Below, one piece after another: positions 58,916 through 64,000 of a stretch of DNA of 64,000 nucleotides (position 1 is the first letter of the stretch; every line of letters begins with the position of its first letter). Under the pieces are notes generated by a model that ran no database searches, was not told the DNA's origin, and saw only the letters and a list, made by a program, of their open reading frames with translations. The translations under genes were made by a program, and so were the position numbers. Location: positions 36,860 through 100,859 of the forward strand of contig DATLMC010000015.1 in NCBI GenBank assembly GCA_035537435.1, read 5' to 3'. The DNA comes from Pyrinomonadaceae bacterium (lineage in GTDB: Bacteria > Acidobacteriota > Blastocatellia > Pyrinomonadales > Pyrinomonadaceae).

Positions 58916-59399
58916 CTACTCACTCTCTCTTCTCGCTCTCGCATCTGTTGACGGTCGTGCGCCGAGCCAGGGGGCAGGCAGCCGCGCGCGTGAGGGCTGT
59001 CGAGCCGAAAGTTCGTCGCACGTCCCTGTCAAAGCCGGAGCCGGGTGGGCGCGTTCGACCCGCGCCGCCCGACTTCTGAGGGCAGTCTGCGCCACGGCCC
59101 TTGAGGAATTCTTGAGGATTTCAGGGCGCGTCCGCCGGCGGGCGGGGCGCTGTGGCGGGCGGCGGCGGCGGCGAGCAGGGAACACGACGCGGAAGTCGTT
59201 TGTCGAGACCGGGTTGACTCTGATGACGGCGCGGTCTGTCGTCTACCCCGGATCGCCCGGCGGCGAGCCGCTGATAACCTTTTCGCCACGCGCCGCGCCG
59301 CGAATATTTTAGCGGCGCGCGCCCGCAAGCTTCTTGGCAGCGGCGCGCTTTTCGTTCATCATTGGCGAAATTTTCGGGACGGATACGGGAGGAGTGGGA

Positions 59400-61382
59400 A
59401 TGGCAGGGCAAAAAATCGCGCCTTACGGATCGTGGGAGTCGCCGATCACGTCCGATCTCATCGTGCAGGGCTCGGTCGGGCTCACGCTGCCGCAGAGCGA
59501 CGGCGCGGACGTTTACTGGACGGAGGTGCGCCCGCAGGAGGACGGCCGCAGCGTCGTCGTCCGGCGCGAAGGCGACTCGCGGCGCGACCTCATCCCGCCG
59601 CCCTTCAACGCGCGCACGCGCGTCCACGAGTACGGCGGCGGCGACTACACCGTCCACCAGGGCACGCTCTACTTCTCGAACTTCTCCGACCAGCGGCTCT
59701 ACCGCCTCGCGCCCGCCGATCCCGCGCCCGTCCCGCTCACGCCGGAGTCGGGTTCGCGCCTGCGCTACGGCGACATGACTTTCGACGCGGCGCGCGACCG
59801 ACTCATCGGCGTGCGCGAAGAGCACACGGACGGCGGGCGCGAGCCCGCGAACGCGCTCGTCGCCGTCCCGCTCGACCGGGACGCGGAAGGGAACGTCGGC
59901 GAGGTGCTGGCTTCGGGCTACGACTTCTATTCCTCCGCGCGCGTGAGCCCGGACGGAAAGTTTCTCGCGTGGCTCGCGTGGCGTCACCCGAACATGCCCT
60001 GGGACGGGACGGAGCTGTGGGTCGGAGAGTTTGGCGACGCGGGCAGGCTCGCGCGCACGCGCCGCGTCGCGGGCGGCGAGGACGAATCGATCTTTCAACC
60101 CGAGTGGTCGCCCGCAGGCGCGCTGCACTTCGTCTCCGACCGCAGCGGCTGGTGGAACATCTACCGCGCGTTGGCTGACGCGAACCTCGCCGACGAGGCG
60201 GCGGAGATCGAGGCCGAGAACCTGTGCCCGCTCGAAGCCGAGTTCGGCGAGCCGCAGTGGGGCCTGGGCGTCGGGACTTACGCCTTCACGTCCGCCGACG
60301 AGATCGTCTGCACCTTCCGCGAGCGCGGCGTCTCGCGCCTCGGCGTGCTCGACACGTCGGCGAAAAAGTTGCGCCGCGTCGAGTCGCCTTACGAGGACAT
60401 CACCTACGTGCGCGCCTCCGTCGAGACGAGGCGCGCGGTCTTCCGCGGGGGCTCTCCGACGGAGGGCTCGTCCGTCGTCGAGTTCGATCCGGCGACCGAC
60501 GAGTTTAAGACCCTGCGCCGCTCCAGCGCGCTGCAACTCGACGAGGGCTACCTCTCCGCCGCGCAGGCCGTGGAGTTCCCGACCGAGAATGGTCTGACCG
60601 CGCACGCCTTCTACTACCCGCCGCGCAGCCGCGATTTCGCCGCGCCGGGGGGCGAGCGCCCGCCGCTCCTCGTCAAGAGTCACGGCGGCCCGACCGCCGC
60701 GGCCGTGACGACGCGCAACCTCAACGTCCTCTACTGGACGAGCCGCGGCTTCGCCGTCCTCGACGTGAACTACGGCGGCTCGACCGGCTACGGCCGGGCC
60801 TACCGCGAGCGGCTTACGGGGACGTGGGGCGTCACGGACGTTGACGACTGCGTGAACGCGGCGAAGTACCTGGTCGGGCGCGGGCTGGCCGACGCCGAGC
60901 GGTGCGTCATCGACGGCGGCAGCGCGGGCGGCTACACCACGCTCGCCGCGCTCGTCTTCCGCAAGCAGTTCAAGGCGGGCGCGAGCCACTACGGCGTCTC
61001 AGACCTCTGCGCGCTCGTGCGCGACACGCACAAGTTCGAGTCGCGCTACCTGGATCGCCTGATCGCGCCGTACCCGGAGCGCGAGGATATTTATCGGGAG
61101 CGTTCGCCGATCAACTTCGCGGACGGGCTGTCGTGCCCGGTGATATTCTTCCAGGGGCTCGAAGACAAGGTCGTGCCGCCGAACCAGGCGGAGATGATGG
61201 TCGAGGCGCTGCGCCGCAAAGGTTTGCCCGTCGCCTACGTCGCCTTCGCGGGCGAGCAGCACGGCTTCCGCCGCGCCGAGAACATCAAGCGCTCGCTCGA
61301 CGGCGAACTCTACTTCTACTCGCGCGTCTTCGGCTTCGAGCTGGCGGGCGACATCGAGCCCGTGCCCATTGAGAATCTCTGA
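59400..61382 (+). CDS. S9-family peptidase (cytoplasmic-looking, no signal peptide)
   Basis: RBS GGGAGGAG before ATG 59400. Nucleophile [10 protein letters not shown], Asp GLEDKVVPP, His GEQHGF. Confidence 0.9.
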   Translation: MAGQKIAPYGSWESPITSDLIVQGSVGLTLPQSDGADVYWTEVRPQEDGRSVVVRREGDSRRDLIPPPFNARTRVHEYGGGDYTVHQGTLYFSNFSDQRLYRLAPADPAPVPLTPESGSRLRYGDMTFDAARDRLIGVREEHTDGGREPANALVAVPLDRDAEGNVGEVLASGYDFYSSARVSPDGKFLAWLAWRHPNMPWDGTELWVGEFGDAGRLARTRRVAGGEDESIFQPEWSPAGALHFVSDRSGWWNIYRALADANLADEAAEIEAENLCPLEAEFGEPQWGLGVGTYAFTSADEIVCTFRERGVSRLGVLDTSAKKLRRVESPYEDITYVRASVETRRAVFRGGSPTEGSSVVEFDPATDEFKTLRRSSALQLDEGYLSAAQAVEFPTENGLTAHAFYYPPRSRDFAAPGGERPPLLVKSHGGPTAAAVTTRNLNVLYWTSRGFAVLDVNYGGSTGYGRAYRERLTGTWGVTDVDDCVNAAKYLVGRGLADAERCVIDGGSAGGYTTLAALVFRKQFKAGASHYGVSDLCALVRDTHKFESRYLDRLIAPYPEREDIYRERSPINFADGLSCPVIFFQGLEDKVVPPNQAEMMVEALRRKGLPVAYVAFAGEQHGFRRAENIKRSLDGELYFYSRVFGFELAGDIEPVPIENL

Positions 61383-61442
61383 ATGGTTGTCGCAAGTGCC
61401 GACTTATAGCGGTTCGCGAATGCGTGCGACCGGATAATCGTT

Positions 61443-61581
61443 GTAGGGGCAGGGCTCGTCCCTGCCCGCTGGGCGACTGACAAATCGCTCGACCGATCCG
61501 CGATCATTCAATGTCGAATGAGCATTGACCGCTTCTTTCGCGCTTGCGCGCTCACCGGGCAGGGACGAGCCCTGCCCCTAC
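61443..61581. repeat. REP/REPIN-like element, copy 6 (long form)
   Basis: GTAGGGGCAGGGCTCGTCCCTGCCCGC ... CCGGGCAGGGACGAGCCCTGCCCCTAC, with a gatcattcaa-containing spacer. Confidence 0.9.
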
Positions 61582-61633
61582 CATCTTCACGGATCATTCG
61601 CCCCCAACTGCGAACCGCTATCAGGAGTCTCCC

Positions 61634-62974
61634 ATGAAAAGAAGCCCGCTCGCGCGAGCCGCGAGCCTGCTGTGCGCGCTCGCGCTCGCCGCCTCGTCGT
61701 CGTTCGCGCAGGCGGCAGACCCCGCGCTCCTCGCGGAGATCAACCGCATCCGCGCCGTCGACAACCACGCGCATGTGCCGAAGGTGGTCGGCGAGGGCGA
61801 GCGGGCGGACGAGGAGTTCGACGCGCTGCCGTGCCCGCCCGAGCCGGACGCCGTCGCGTTCGCGCGCGCGCTGCCCGGCAACCCGGAGTTCGTCGCCGCG
61901 TGGCGCGCCCTCTACGGCTACGATCACTCTGACATGAGCGAGGCGCACGTGCGCGAGCTGCTGGAGCGGAAGCGGCGCGTGAGGCGCGAGCAGGGCGACA
62001 ATTACCCCGCGTGGGTGCTGGACAAGCTCGGCATCGACGTGATGCTCGCCAACCGCATCGCGATGGGGCGCGGCCTCACGGGCGCGCGCTTCCGCTGGGT
62101 CCCTTACGACGACGCGCTCCTGTTCCCGCTCGACAACTCCGCCCTGAAGCGGCTGAGCCCGAACCGCGCATACTTCTTCGGGCGCGAGGAGCCGATCCTG
62201 AGCCGCTACCTCTCCGAGTCGGGCGTCGCGCGCCGCCCGGCGACGCTCGCGGAGTACCTGACGCGCGTCGTCACGCCGACGCTCGAACGACAGCGCAGGG
62301 GCGGCGCGGTCGCCCTCAAGTTCGAGGCGGCGTACCTGCGCGCGCTCGACTTCGACGACGCCTCGCAGGCGCAGGCCGCGCGCGTCTACGCACGCTACGC
62401 ACGCGGCTCCGAGCCCGGCGCGGCGGACTACAAGACGCTGCAAGATTTCCTCTTCCGTCATATCGCGCGCGAGGCGGGGCGGCTCGGTCTCGCCGTCCAC
62501 ATCCACACGGGCGGCGGCTGCGGAAACTTCTTCCAACTGCGCGGCAGCAACCCCGCCCTGCTCGAACCCGCGCTTAACGATCCCGCGTTGCGCAAGACGA
62601 CCTTCGTGCTCGTCCACGGCGGCGAGCCCTTCACGCGGCAGGCGGCGTTTCTGCTCGGCAAGCCGAACGTCTACGCGGACTTCTCCGCGCAGACCTTCCT
62701 CTTCTCGCCGCGCGTGCTCTCCGAGACGCTGCGCTACTGGCTGACGCTCTACCCGGACAAAGTCCTGTTCGGCACAGACCTCTTCCCCGGCTCGCCCGAA
62801 ATCGACTGGGAGGAGTTCGGCTGGCAGACGACCACGACCGCGCGCCGCGCCCTCGCGCTCGCCTTGACCGGCATGGTGCGCGACGAAGAGATCACGCGCG
62901 AGCGCGCCGCCGAGATCGCGCGGATGGTGATGCGCGAGAACGCGCTGAAGCTCTACGGGATCGGCGCGCGTTGA
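61634..62974 (+). CDS. Secreted amidohydrolase-superfamily (TIM-barrel metal-dependent hydrolase) protein
   Basis: RBS AGGAG. Signal peptide. VDNHAHVP (HxH), HIHTGGG, VLVHGG, FGTD. Confidence 0.8.
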   Translation: MKRSPLARAASLLCALALAASSSFAQAADPALLAEINRIRAVDNHAHVPKVVGEGERADEEFDALPCPPEPDAVAFARALPGNPEFVAAWRALYGYDHSDMSEAHVRELLERKRRVRREQGDNYPAWVLDKLGIDVMLANRIAMGRGLTGARFRWVPYDDALLFPLDNSALKRLSPNRAYFFGREEPILSRYLSESGVARRPATLAEYLTRVVTPTLERQRRGGAVALKFEAAYLRALDFDDASQAQAARVYARYARGSEPGAADYKTLQDFLFRHIAREAGRLGLAVHIHTGGGCGNFFQLRGSNPALLEPALNDPALRKTTFVLVHGGEPFTRQAAFLLGKPNVYADFSAQTFLFSPRVLSETLRYWLTLYPDKVLFGTDLFPGSPEIDWEEFGWQTTTTARRALALALTGMVRDEEITRERAAEIARMVMRENALKLYGIGAR

Positions 62975-63015
62975 CGGGGAAGTCGTGGGGGGCGAGAGGC
63001 CGGAAGCCGCGGGGC

Positions 63016-63054
63016 GAAGAAAAAGAGGCGGCGGAGGTTAACCTCCGCCGCCTC
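63016..63054 (-). terminator. Rho-independent terminator of the TonB-dependent receptor gene
   Basis: Perfect palindrome gaggcggcggaggtt/aacctccgccgcctc. On the minus strand it is followed by TTTTTCTTC. Confidence 0.75.
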
Positions 63055-63091
63055 GAAAAGTCTTGCGGTCTCCCGCGAGACGGGTCAGTGG

Positions 63092-64000
63092 TTAGAAGTT
63101 GAAGCGCGCCGCGAACTGGATGACTCGCGGGTTGCTGCTGAAGACCCGATCGGCGCGCAGGAAGTCCGGCGTGACCGGGGAGATCTGGTTGAACTGCGTG
63201 ACGCCCGTCGTCGCGATGGGGTCAACCGTGTTCACCGTGCCGGGGACGAACTGCGGGTGGTTGAGCACGTTGAAGAAGTCGGTGCGCAACTGGAAGGTCT
63301 TCGACTCGCCGATGCGGAAGTTCTTGAAGATCGAGAAGTCGAGGTTGTTGATGCGGGGCATCGTGAAGGTGTTGCGGCCGAGGGTCGAGGCCGCGCCCTG
63401 GCCGGCGACGACGTAGCGCGCGTTCGGGTTCTGGGCGACGTAGGCGACGGTGGCCGCGCGGGCGGCCGCGGCGAGCGCGGCTGTCGCCGCGGCCGAGCCC
63501 GGCGAGTTGGAGCAGAGCGACGGGCTGGCGCCGATGGTGCCGTCGTCGCTGACGAACTGCCCGGTCCTCGTGCGCGCGCAGACGTCGCTGCCGACGCCTT
63601 CCAGCCCGCCCGGGTTGAAGATGGCGCGGTCGCCCGCGGAGTCGCCGTTGAGGTTGGAGTCAATGCCGCTGCGGATCGTCACCTGCTCGCCCGACTCAAT
63701 CGTGTAGGTTCCGGCGAGGTTGAAGCCGCCGAGCGCCGTGCGCAGGAAGCGGTTCGAGTCGTTACGGAAGAACGGGAGCTCGTAGATCATCGAGTGGACG
63801 AAACGGTGGCGGTGATCCAGAGCCGAGTTGGCGCGCTCGCGGCGCAGGTTCTGGAAGTCCTCGACGCGCCGGGGCGAGAGCACCGTCGAGAAGACCTCGG
63901 CGGTCGTGTCGTCGATCAGGTGGCTGAAGGTGTAGGCGGTGCTCATCTGCAGGCCGTTCGAGAAGCGCTTCTGGAGCGAAGCCGAGCCGCCGTGGTAGAT
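63092..64000 (-). CDS. TonB-dependent receptor / outer-membrane beta-barrel, C-terminal part (partial, continues beyond the window)
   Basis: It ends ...NPRVIQFAARFNF with a terminal Phe and shows an alternating beta-strand pattern. The frame stays open to position 64000. Confidence 0.8.
   Translation of the reverse strand: MYHGGSASLQKRFSNGLQMSTAYTFSHLIDDTTAEVFSTVLSPRRVEDFQNLRRERANSALDHRHRFVHSMIYELPFFRNDSNRFLRTALGGFNLAGTYTIESGEQVTIRSGIDSNLNGDSAGDRAIFNPGGLEGVGSDVCARTRTGQFVSDDGTIGASPSLCSNSPGSAAATAALAAAARAATVAYVAQNPNARYVVAGQGAASTLGRNTFTMPRINNLDFSIFKNFRIGESKTFQLRTDFFNVLNHPQFVPGTVNTVDPIATTGVTQFNQISPVTPDFLRADRVFSSNPRVIQFAARFNF

Overview
High-GC bacterial chromosomal segment (roughly two-thirds G+C by eye). 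It is probably Acidobacteriota, judging from a VWFA-related acidobacterial-type protein, many secreted peptidases and a TonB-dependent receptor. I could support about 47 protein-coding genes. I found no rRNA, tRNA, CRISPR array, transposase, integrase or prophage genes. The backbone is housekeeping and nutrient scavenging: typA, gpmI-eno, three S9 peptidases, an M1 and an S8 peptidase, a peptide ABC importer, an extracellular nuclease, a KaiC-like ATPase with a hybrid histidine kinase, and MalT/SARP-like regulators. Three things stand out. (1) A lower-GC two-gene patch at 5231-8778 encodes a 997-aa TIR-WD40-Roc/COR-zinc ribbon-DUF4365 protein preceded by a small PUA/EVE-like ORF. This is my best candidate for an uncharacterised conflict or defence system. 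(2) A clearly lower-GC island at about 25860-30352 is inserted exactly at the gpmI stop codon. It holds five short co-oriented ORFs, each followed by a related imperfect-palindrome repeat ending in GTT, which resembles an integron-type cassette array with no integrase. (3) Six copies of a GTAG-headed REP/REPIN-like inverted-repeat element sit in intergenic regions, along with two further small repeat families. Most other long ORFs in the six-frame track are antisense or alternate-frame artefacts of the high GC content. All functional calls come from motif recognition by eye; no database search was run.
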